NCBI GenBank assembly: GCA_950097015.1
Contig: CATNEN010000003.1
Location: 10,354,001 to 10,418,000, forward strand
Direction of reading: 5' to 3'
Source of the DNA: Macrostomum hystrix
Lineage: Eukaryota > Animalia > Platyhelminthes
DNA: 64,000 bases
The position numbers and the translations under genes were made by a program. A model generated the notes under the pieces. That model saw only the letters and a program-made list of their open reading frames with translations. It had not been told where the DNA came from and searched no databases. Of the stretch, positions 10,883-22,169 are shown piece after piece (position 1 is the stretch's first letter; each line of letters starts with the position of its first letter).

Positions 10883-11362
10883 GACTGCGAGTCGCGCGGT
10901 CAAGATCATCGCCGAATTCGACTGCTGGAGGTGGGCGCCGAGACAGCCGACAAGCTGGACACCAGGCGACGTCGCAAGGCCAATCCGGACACCGGCTTCG
11001 CCAGCTTCGAGGCTTCGAGCAGTCGCAAATACCAGACCCTCTGCCGCCAGCTGAAACCGGACATGCGCGCCTACGCCGAGGAGAAGGCGCGCCTAGGCGA
11101 AGAAAGATTCTATCCGACTTCCTCTACGCTCGGCGTCGCCGACAGAAAAGACGATCCGAGAGCCGTGGAGCGCATGGCTCAGGATGTGAAACAGCAGGTT
11201 GAAAAGAGGAAGAAATATTCTCGTAGGCGAGCATTCGACGAAGACGCCGATGTGGACTATATCAACGATCAGAACATGCGCTACAATCGCAAATTGGAGA
11301 GGGCGTTCGGCCAGTACACGGCCGAGATTAGGCAGAATCTGGAGCGCGGCACGGCCGTCTAA
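10883..11362 (+). CDS. SYF2: SYF2 coding exon 3 (spliced protein 229 aa)
   Basis: Acceptor ccctaatttcccaaactcag|, phase 0. NPDTGF, KYSRRR, DADVDYIN, and terminal YTAEIRQNLERGTAV* are diagnostic of SYF2. Confidence 0.95.
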   Translation, partial: DCESRGQDHRRIRLLEVGAETADKLDTRRRRKANPDTGFASFEASSSRKYQTLCRQLKPDMRAYAEEKARLGEERFYPTSSTLGVADRKDDPRAVERMAQDVKQQVEKRKKYSRRRAFDEDADVDYINDQNMRYNRKLERAFGQYTAEIRQNLERGTAV

Positions 11363-11469
11363 GTCTGGCATCGCGTTGATTTCTCTCTGGACTTTTAAAT
11401 GTTTTGTGACTAATAACGTTTGCCGTCTATTTTATGGGATTTCGGGGATTTGAAGTAAATAATTAATTT

Positions 11470-12115
11470 AAGTATCAGGTGTGAGGATTTTTGCGGATTT
11501 ATTTAGGTATCAAATTTGTATAGAGATAAAATGTGGAGATTTATTTTGGGATCAGGTGTGAGGATTTATTTGGGGATCAGGTGTGGGGATTTATTTGGGG
11601 ATCAGGTGTGGGGATTTATTCGGGGATCAGGTGTGAGGATTTATTTAGGGATCAGGTGTGGGGATTTATTTGGGGATCAGGTGTGGGGATTTATTTGGGG
11701 ATCAGGTGTGGGGATTTATTTGGGGATCAGGTGTGGGGATTTATTTGGGGTCAGGTGTGAGGATTTGATCAGGTGTGAGGATTTATTTGGGGATCAGGTG
11801 TGGGGATTTATTTGGGGATCCGGTGTGGGGATTTATTTGGGGATCAGGTGTGGGGATTTATTTGGGGTCAGGTGTGAGGATTTGATCAGGTGTGAGGATT
11901 TATTTGTTGATCAGGTGTAAGGATTTTTTTGGGGATCAGGTGTGGGGATCTATTTGGGGATCAGGTGTGAGGATTTGATCAGGTGTGAGGATTTATTTGG
12001 GGATCAGGTGTGGGGATTTATTTGGGGATCAGGTGTGGGGATCTATTTGGGGATCAGGTGTGAGGATTTATTTGGGGATCAGGTGTGGGGATTTATTTGG
12101 GGATAGGGTGTGGGA
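11470..12115. repeat. 25-bp G-rich minisatellite gggatcaggtgtggggatttatttg
   Basis: Direct tandem copies after the SYF2 stop. Confidence 0.95.
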
Positions 12116-12714
12116 ATTCGCTAAAATTATTTTATCACTTTTCATTATACAAACAAGTGAAGCAATGCTCTGGTAAAGTACATTGTGATCCAGTGTTAAT
12201 AAGTCTGCAGCCTATTTGTGTGTAAAATATGTCATTTAACAATGATATCAATTTCGCCCCTTTGCTGCACTCATAATCGTCTATATTATTTCTTTGTTGC
12301 TATGGGAAATAGTCTTTATGTGTGTCCCATTTGATTTATCAATTATTCATTGTAGAATATTTTATATTTATGCAACATGCACTGCATAAAAGTACGAGTA
12401 CAATAATTATCGTTTGTGAATAAAATCAGTTTTCATAAACCAAATTTTTAAACGCTAAATCTGAAGTGATGTATTTCCACCTGCTGCAGTAGGTAAACTA
12501 CATTTGCTGAACTGTTTTCTTTATTTAAGATAAGCCTTCTTCTATTATTGCGATGGAGCTGAATGACCACGCCCTAAGAGGGGATTTCGTGGACTAAGAA
12601 ATGACAGAAATCCACTTCGAATAATGAGCTTAGTTTTGAGTGTAGCTACATAAATATGATAATAAAATGATAGGCTAATCCTGTTATTAACAAAACTAAG
12701 ATTCAAAAGCCTCT

Positions 12715-13180
12715 ATTAGATTCTCTATTTTCCAGCAAAGAGAAATGGATTGCTAGACTATCGCTTGTCGTTTTTTGATTTCTAGGAAAATTATATTCGA
12801 ATCCATTTTTACTATGAAAAAGAGATTGCTAGCCTATCGATTCTAGTTTTTGGTTTCTAAGAAACATTCTATTTTATGTCTAATCGACTAAGAGTAATGG
12901 ATTGCTAGCCCATCCTTTGTAGTTTTGGGTTTCTAAGAAAACTCTATTTGGTTTCTTTTGTTTAGTTTAAGAAATGGATTGCTAGAATACCGCTTATCTT
13001 TTTTGGTTTCTAGGAAACTTTCTATTTTATTTAATTTTCGACTCATACGAATGGATTGCTAGTCTAGCCATAGTTATTTAGATTTCTATGAAAGCGCAAT
13101 TTCTAGCCCTTCATAATTTCATAATTATCTAGATTAGAATTTCTTATTGTCTATAATTATAAATTAGATTGCTAGTCTAA
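12715..13180. repeat. Degenerate ~75-bp tandem repeat (atggattgctag...ggtttctaggaaa..ctattt)
   Basis: About 6 diverged copies. Confidence 0.7.
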
Positions 13181-13719
13181 TATAACAGGTTCTGTTCTCA
13201 TTACGTGCCGCATCTGCTCATATTGTATTAGTTAACAAACGGGCTAAATAAAATACGCCGCTTGCTTCTCTCTCTCTCCTCTCTCACATCTCTCTCCGCT
13301 TACCCTGTCTAACCCTAAGTCCGGAAAGAAAAATCAATAATATTCCAACAGAGCTGGCACAGGTGCAGACAGGTGAATTAAAAGGCAAGTGTTGACAGGA
13401 ATTGGGGTATAACCCTGCACTGTGTACTGCGCCACAACTGTACTTCATCCGCCTGGTTGAAGTTTGAGTTGCATTCTAAAGTAAAAACACTAGAACTCTC
13501 TTACGTTGCGCGTGTCCAGTCTATGTCCAATGCATGCATTAAAATTTCTGCGTACTGTGTGAATTGAAGGCCTGAAACTTTTGATTAATTATTTAAACTG
13601 ATGCACAACTGAAGCTTAAGCATGTTATAGGCTATAGTTAGGGCTGCTAATATTCTGTATAGTTTGATGCCTTCATGATTTATTGCTATATGAATGGGTT
13701 ATTATTATACGTAACGAAT

Positions 13720-14745
13720 CGAAGAGAGTGACAAGGGAAGAATAGAAGAGAGTGACAAGGGAAGAATAGAAGAGAGTGACAAGGGAAGAATAGAAGAGAG
13801 TGACAAAGGAAGAATAGAAGAGAGTGACAAGGGAAGAATAGAAGAGAGTGACAAGGGAAGAATAGAAGAGAGTGACAAGGGAAGAATAGAAGAGAGTGAC
13901 AAGGGAAGAATAGAAGAGAGTGACAAGGGAAGAATAGAAGAGTGACAAGGGAAGAATAGAAGAGAGTGAAAAGGGAAGAAAAGAAGAGAGTGACAAGGAA
14001 AGAATAGAAGAGAGTGACCATGGAAGAATAGAAGAGAGTGACAAGGGAAGAAAAGAAGAGAGTGACAAGGAAAGAATAGAAGAGAGCGACAAGGAAAGAA
14101 TAGAAGAGAGTGACAAGGAAATAATAGAAGAGAGTGACAAGGAAAGAATCGATGAGAGTGACAAGGGAAGAATAGAAGAGAGTGACAAGGGAAGAATAGA
14201 AGAGAGTGACAAGGAAAGAATCGATGAGAGTGACAAGGGAAGAATAGAAGAGAGTGACAAGGGAACAATATAAGAGAGTGACAAAGGAAGAATAGAAGAG
14301 AGTGAAAAGGGAAGAAAAGAAGAGAGTGACAAGGAAAGAATAGAAGAGAGTGACAAGGAAATAATAGAAGAGAGTGACAAGGAAAGAATCGATGAGAGTG
14401 ACAAGGAAAGAATAGATGAGTGACAAGGGAACAATATAAGAGAGTGACAAGGAAAGAATAGAAGAGAGTGACAAAGGAAGAATAGAAGAGAGTGAAAAGG
14501 GAAGAATAGAAGAGAGTGACCATGGAAGAATAGAAGAGAGTGACAAGGAAATAATAGAAGAGATTGACAAGGGAAGAATAGAAGAGAGTGACAAGGGAAG
14601 AATAGAAGAGAGTGACAAGGGAAGAATAGAAGAGAGTGACAAGGGAAGAATAGAAGCGAGTGACAAGGGAAGAATAGATGAGAGTGACAAGGGAAGAATA
14701 GAAGAGAGTGACATGGGAAGACAAGAAGGATAGCAGAGTGTGACA
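13720..14745. repeat. 24-bp purine-rich minisatellite gaagagagtgacaagggaagaata
   Basis: Direct tandem copies. Confidence 0.95.
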
Positions 14746-15404
14746 AGAAAGAGCGTTAATGTCTAGCAGGCAGACCAATGTGAATATGATTTCTCAGCCT
14801 ACTCAACAAAATTCTATTAGTGCTCACAGTGCGGAGAATTTGGTTCTCGCTCTACGCAAAACTGCGTGACACGCATGATCTCATATGAGCAATAGTCCTG
14901 GCAGCTAGCAACCACCATGGACTCCCATATCTCTTCCTTCAAAAACGCACTTTTTTCTGTTTCGGGTTGGCCGTGAAAAAAAGAGAAGAATAATCCCAGC
15001 GGGCTCGTATTTCTCTCCCACGCACCCCTCTGTCGGTCTCCGTCGCTTGAATTTATTCTTTTTCTTGCCTCTAAAACACCACCCCCCAGGCTCTCGTGGG
15101 TTATCGTTAATTTGATTGATCTCAAGTCTTACAAACTGTTCTCTGGCCAAGCTAGCGAGCTTATACGGATCTATCTCTCTAGATGTATATTTATGCAATA
15201 TATGTGCAGCTATATCCACTCATTTTATATTACTAGAATGCGATTTTAACTTAAAGCTATGCGATAAACATGGATTGTAGTCGGAGAGGCGAAAGTTAAA
15301 AGTACTTTTCTGTTTTGCTTGTTATTAATAGTCTTCAACGAGAACACTTTTTTGTTTCTAGTATCTTTGAGTTGGGATTTGGAATTCCTCTGCTATTTTA
15401 AGGA

Positions 15405-17800
15405 CCTGTCTTTTATGTGCATTGTCTGTCTTTGATGTGTACTGTCTGTTTTTGATCTGTACTGTCTGTCTTTGATTGTCTACTGTCTGTATTTGATTGT
15501 CTACTGTCTGTATTTTATTGTCTACTGTCTGTCTTTGATGTGTACTGTCTTTCTTTGATTGTCTACTGTCTGTCTTTGATGTGTACTGTCTTTCTTTGAT
15601 TGTCTACTGTCTGTATTTGATGTGTACTGTCTGTCTTTGATTGTCTACTGTCTGTATTTGATGTGTACTGTCTGTCTTTGATTGTCTACTGTCTGTATTT
15701 GATGTGTACTGTCTGTCTTTGATTGTCTACTGTCTGTCTTTGATCTGTACTGTCTGTTTTTGATGTGTACTGTCTGTATTTGATTGTCTACTGTCTGTAT
15801 TTGATTGTCTACTGTCTGTATTTGATTGTCTACTGTCTGTATTTGATTGTCTACTGTCTGTCTTTGATGTGTACTGTCTGTCTTTGATGTGTACTGTCTT
15901 TCTTTGATTGTCTACTGTCTGTATTTAATTGTCTACTGTCTGTATTTGATTGTCTACTGTCTGTATTTGATTGTCTACTGTCTGTATTTGATTGTCTACT
16001 GTCTGTCTTTTATGTGCATTGTCTGTCTTTGATCTGTACTGTCTGTTTTTGATGTGTACTGTCTGTATTTGATTGTCTACTGTCTGTATTTGATTGTCTA
16101 CTGTCTGTATTTGATTGTCTACTGTCTGTCTTTGATGTGTAATGTCTGTCTTTTATGTGCATTGTCTGTCTTTGATCTGTACTGTCTGTCTTTGATTGTC
16201 TACTGTCTGTATTTGATTGTCTACTGTCTGTATTTGATTGTCTACTGTCTGTCTTTGATGTGTACTGTCTGTCTTTGATGTGTACTGTCTTTCTTTGATT
16301 GTCTACTGTCTGTATTTAATTGTCTACTGTCTGTATTTGATTGTCTACTGTCTGTATTTGATTGTCTACTGTCTGTATTTGATTGTCTACTGTCTGTCTT
16401 TGATGTGTACTGTCTTTCTTTGATTGTCTACTGTCTGTATTTGATGTGTACTGTCTGTCTTTGATTGTCTACTGTCTGTCTTTGATTGTCTACTGTCTGT
16501 ATTTGATTGTCTACTGTCTGTATTTGATTGTCTACTGTCTGTCTTTGATTGTCTACTGTCTGTATTTGATGTGTACTGTCTGTCTTTGATTGTCTACTGT
16601 CTGTATTTGATTGTCTACTGTCTGTATTTGATTGTCTACTGTCTGTATTTGATTGTCTACTGTCTGTATTTGATTATCTACTGTCTGTCTTTGATTGTCT
16701 ACTGTCTGTATTTGATGTGTACTGTCTGTATTTGATTGTCTACTGTCTGTCTTTGAGTGTCTACTGTCTGTATTTGATGTGTACTGTCTGTCTTTGATTG
16801 TCTACTGTCTGTATTTGATTGTCTACTGTCTGTATTTGATTGTCTACTGTCTGTCTTTGATGTGTACTGTCTGTCTTTGATGTGTACTGTCTTTCTTTGA
16901 TTGTCTACTGTCTGTATTTGATTGTCTACTGTCTGTATTTGATTGTCTACTGTCTGTCTTTGATGTGTACTGTCTGTCTTTGATGTGTACTGTCTTTCTT
17001 TGATTGTCTACTGTCTGTATTTAATTGTCTACTGTCTGTATTTGATTGTCTACTGTCTGTATTTGATTGTCTACTGTCTGTATTTGATGTGTACTGTCTG
17101 TATTTTATGTGTACTGTCTGTCTTTGATTGTCTACTGTCTGTCTTTGATTGTCTACTGTCTGTCTTTGATTGTCTACTGTCTGTATTTGATGTGTACTGT
17201 CTGTATTTGATTGTCTACTGTCTGTCTTTGATTGTCTACTGTCTGTCTTTGATGTGTACTGTCTGTATTTTATGTGTACTGTCTGTCTTTGATTGTCTAC
17301 TGTCTGTCTTTGATTGTCTACTGTCTGTCTTTGATTGTCTACTGTCTGTCTTTGATTGTCTACTGTCTGTATTTGATGTCTACTGTCTGTATTTGATTGT
17401 CTACTGTCTGTCTTTGCTTGTCTACTGTCTGTATTTGATGTGTAATGTCTGTCTTTGATGTGTACTGTCTGTCTTTGATGTGTACTGTCTGTCTTTGATT
17501 GTCTACTGTCTGTCTTTGATTGTCTAATGTCTGTCTTTGATGCGTACTGTCTGTCTTTGATGTGTACTGTCTGTATTTTATGTGTACTGTCTGTCTTTGA
17601 TTGTCTACTGTCTGTCTTTGATTGTCTACTGTCTGTCTTTGATTGTCTACTGTCTGTCTTTGATTGTCTAATGTCTGTCTTTGATGCGTACTGTCTGTCT
17701 TTGATTGTCTACTGTCTGTTTTTGATGTGTACTGTCTGTCTTTGATGTGTACTGTCTGTCTTTGATGTGTACTGTCTGTCTTTGATGTGTACTGTCTGTC
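15405..17800. repeat. 20/21-bp minisatellite tttgattgtctactgtctgta / tttgatgtgtactgtctgtc
   Basis: More than 100 tandem copies. Confidence 0.95.
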
Positions 17801-18564
17801 TATGCGCGAATAAGTTCTATCAAAACATAAAGTTTCTATGTTTCTATGAGTCTTCATTATGAAAATAATTTAAAAGATTTTCCGAGTAGCTAATGAGGAA
17901 TTTTTTCGACGCCTGCTTCTAGCTGCGCGTGAATCGATCGAAATTGACAGTTTCTTGATTGACAATACCATTATTTTAGCGCACGAGTATTAGTATGTTC
18001 TTTTCTCAAGCAATCAGTCGAAGATCGGTAAGTACGCCTCAGTGCTTGCTAGAGACTCTGCAATTATATACTGTGCCGACACATGAGATGTACTTTTGGC
18101 TAGAGTGATTTTGCAGATTTAGTTTTCTATCATAATCACAGGTGAGGATTACATTATATTTTCTTTGTTCATATCTTTCAAAACAACTAATATCGCTTTT
18201 TTATGATAAAAGCAGTTTTCTATTATGATAAATAGGAGTATTGATTTAAATTAAATTGTATCAATTGAATTTTTATGACAGGGCATGAAAACAGGCTATT
18301 AAACATCGAAAAAAATACTTCTTTAGCAAGCAAAACAATTTAATCAGCACATCAAAATTTGTACATGTTGAATAGAAAAACACTTATATGAAAAGATTAA
18401 TTCTAGCAAACAACCTTTGAATATAAAAATACTACTAAATATATTGTGTGTTCTTTACATAAAACTATGTACGTATATTATCGATTGCCGAATTTACTTT
18501 ATAACAATTTCGAATTTCAAGAATCGTCTTAGAGGTTTTCACGATATTAGTAGCATTGGTTGAG

Positions 18565-19045
18565 TAGGTGAGATATTTGGGCATCGCAACTCATTCCTAT
18601 GCTTTGTCAGGTGAGATAATTGGGCATCGCTTCTCATTCCTAGGGTTTGTCAGGTGAGATAATTGGGCATCGCTTCTCATTCCTAGGGTTTGTCAGGTGA
18701 GATAATTGGGCATCGCCTGTCCTTTCTAGGGTTTGTCAGGTGAGATAATTGGGCATCGCTTCTCATTCCTAGGGTTTGTCAGGTGAGATAATTGGGCATC
18801 GCTTCTCATTCCTAGGGTTTGTCAGGTGAGATAATTGGGCATCGCTTCTCATTCCTAGGGTTTTTCAGGTGAGATAATTGGGCATCGCCTGTCCTTTCTA
18901 GGGTTTGTCAGGTGAGATAATTGGGCATCGCTTCTCATTCCTAGGGTTTGTCAGGTGAGATAATTGGGCATCGCCTGTCCTTTCTAGGGTTTGTCAGGTG
19001 AGATAATTGGGCATCGCCTGTCCTTTCTAGGGTTTGTCAGGTGAA
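18565..19045. repeat. 43-bp minisatellite gtcaggtgagataattgggcatcgcttctcattcctagggttt (~11 copies, two variants)
   Basis: Direct tandem copies. Confidence 0.95.
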
Positions 19046-19209
19046 ATAATATGGTAATTAGATATTGCTGCACCTTCTTGCAGTTTGAAAGGTGATTTAA
19101 TTAGATCTCAGCCTCAATTACCTGAATTGATAGGTAAGATATATATATATTTTTTTAAATTAGAAAATTTCTAAGCAGTCAAACAAAACACTGAAAAGGC
19201 TTGTCTAGG

Positions 19210-20328
19210 CTACCTGGGATAAGTCAAGCAGTACTCAGCTTCGGCGCGCAGCGATGGAGGCGCCGCGGCCCCAACGCCACCCGCCAGGCTATAGTGCGAG
19301 CAGCCGCCGTCCTGCTGCAGCCACTGGCCCGATGACATCCGGACAATGCTCCCGGTGGCAATCGAAGCTCTAGTAGATTCTTGAACCTCTTGACAATCTA
19401 GTAGCTGCTGCTGCTGCTGCTGCTGCCGCTGCTGCCGCTGCTCATTCTGTGCCGCCGATTGAGCTACAGACCTGAGCGCCCTGCAGTAGAGTGCGCCCAA
19501 GCAGAGGCACATACAGGCTGCGGTGGTCAGCAGCAGCAGGCAGAAGCACTCGGCAAAGAACGCCGCTCGGCGCAGACCCGGACACGAAGCCGGCAGCAGA
19601 TCGGCGAAGGTCCGTCTGGCCATCGATGACACTTCGCACAGTGCCAGCAGGTGCACCTTGACTATGCTGGCAGAGATTGCGCCCAGGCCAACCAGTGAGG
19701 CCAGGGCTGACACCAGCAACGAGGCGACCAGTCCGCAGACTGAAGCCTCGTGTCCGCGTCCGCTGCGCAAATCTTCCTCGGAGCAGGCGTGGCGGAGTCT
19801 CCGACGCTGAAGTCTAAGACGGACCGGCAGTGCGGCTGTGAGCAGCATGAGCAGACAAGCTGCTGAGCTGCAATAGGCCAACAGACGGTTGAGCAGCCGG
19901 GGTGGAGTCTGATGACCTCCGGACTCCAGATAGTCGCCAAGTATCCACAATACAGCTGCTGCCGTGGCTTGCCAACTGCTGCTGCTGCTGCTGCTGCTGC
20001 TGCCGTCATTCTTTTCCCAATCTCTGGTCTTAGTCTGCGGCAGAGCCAACGGAGAAGCCGGTGTTGTCATCGCTGACGCTGGCCCCAGTGCCAGATGTTC
20101 AACGCAGCTTGGCCAGGTCACCTTCTGGCTGCCCGTCAGGACATTGTCGTTGCCAATGCTGTACCTCAGATAGCTTCCAGAAGAGAACCAGGCGTACAGT
20201 ATTATTTTCACAACGTCAACAGCCAACACCAGAGCGGCTAGGAGAAGCAGGGCGCTGGCAAACCTGCCCGACCTGCCGTCCAGTTGGCGGCCTCGACAGG
20301 TTGAGCTGGTGTCCTTCGGGTTGAGCAT
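19210..20328 (-). CDS. Intronless uncharacterised four-transmembrane protein (372 aa from first ATG), claudin/PMP22-like topology
   Basis: GC-rich non-repetitive 1.1-kb ORF in AT-rich surroundings. Four hydrophobic segments with a long loop after TM1, poly-S and poly-Q tracts, and a C-terminal tail ending YCLTYPR. Confidence 0.75.
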   Translation of the reverse strand: MLNPKDTSSTCRGRQLDGRSGRFASALLLLAALVLAVDVVKIILYAWFSSGSYLRYSIGNDNVLTGSQKVTWPSCVEHLALGPASAMTTPASPLALPQTKTRDWEKNDGSSSSSSSSSWQATAAAVLWILGDYLESGGHQTPPRLLNRLLAYCSSAACLLMLLTAALPVRLRLQRRRLRHACSEEDLRSGRGHEASVCGLVASLLVSALASLVGLGAISASIVKVHLLALCEVSSMARRTFADLLPASCPGLRRAAFFAECFCLLLLTTAACMCLCLGALYCRALRSVAQSAAQNEQRQQRQQQQQQQLLDCQEVQESTRASIATGSIVRMSSGQWLQQDGGCSHYSLAGGVGAAAPPSLRAEAEYCLTYPR

Positions 20329-21111
20329 GTTCCGTGAACTCAAATTCTATACGTTGAGTCTGTAGTTATTTATCCCCCAGTTTGCCAAGGTGCAGCCCAA
20401 TGACAGTTGAAATCCCACCCCAGACTGTGGGAGCCAATGCCCGCTCACAAATTTGCTCAATTCTCTTTGTCCGCCCAACGGACGAATTGGATCTTGATTT
20501 AGCTCTGGCCACAATTTTACTGTATACGCAGACTTGCTTTGGGATAAAAACTGTTTGCTATTGCTTTCATATTGTGAGTGTGCACTTTACTACTCTAGAT
20601 GGGACAAATATCCCCCCCCCTAAAAATAAAGCGGAGTTTGCACCCGGGTCTGCTTGGCTTCATCAGCTCTATTTCTCTCCTTGCTCTGAGTATATTGCCT
20701 GAATTCGTTTTCCACTTCCTGACAATCACTCCCCCTGTCAATATTCATACTTTTTGTATAGAGGGTCCAGTTCTGCAATAAAAAATTGTGCAGCAGAAAA
20801 ACGCATTCATCTGCGTGATGAAGCAATTGTGATCCACTTATTCACTCTCAGCATACACATGCATTCGAGGAAGATGCTTTCACAAGTCATCGTCCGAATA
20901 AGTCTAGGTCTAACTCGTAAAAAAGCAAAGTGATAGAAAATAATTTCTTTGTGAAAAGACCAGCGCGGTAATAAAATGAAACTAAATAGTTCGTATTTTA
21001 GTCCTAGCCTAACTACTGTTAGTAGGATCGATACTCGGTAGAAAAGCCAAAAATATCATAAATAGCATTAAAAAATATAGTGACCAGCGAGTAACAAACC
21101 AGCCATAACTA

Positions 21112-21684
<573 letters not shown>

Positions 21685-22169
21685 CTAAACATGGCAAAAT
21701 GTTTACCCTCGGATTAAAAAATTGGTCCCATTTGAGATATGTCAGGTATTCCTAATTGTTGTAGGCCTAAATCACCATCCGTCTAAAAGAAATAAGTAAG
21801 AAATCTCTAAAAGCCTTCTCACGAAGGCTGAAATAATGAATGCAATTAGTACAAGGCTTCTAGTCGATCTTTTTGATATTTTTGCATTTCGTTTCTTTTT
21901 TAGCTGTAACATAACACAGAGCCGCAGCAGAAGCTAATAAATTATTCATGAATAAGGGCATGCGAGTGTTTGCAGTGCCAGAAACAATCAATGTTGTCGA
22001 CTTGCTTGGATCGAGTTAAGAAACTATTGAAATCTGCTTCCGTCACTTGCTGCTTTTATGCACGTGGTCAGCATATCTTTTTTGTGTTAATTAAACTCAG
22101 GTTGTTAAACGTTTGGCTGTACTTAAACTGCCCCTATATAGATCTAAACTTAATAACATCTAAATTACA

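Noticed and set aside
13301-13320. Telomere-like TAACCCT
   Set aside because: Isolated motif, not a tandem TTAGGG array.
13673-14778. Hydrophobic repeat ORFs; likewise at 21068, 24784, 29638, 31366, 33143, 39189, 46356, 48898, 52758 and 58080
   Set aside because: All coincide with tandem or low-complexity arrays.
14817-15219. Two ~100-aa - strand ORFs
   Set aside because: No recognisable motifs or convincing splice structure; more like a CpG-containing regulatory patch.
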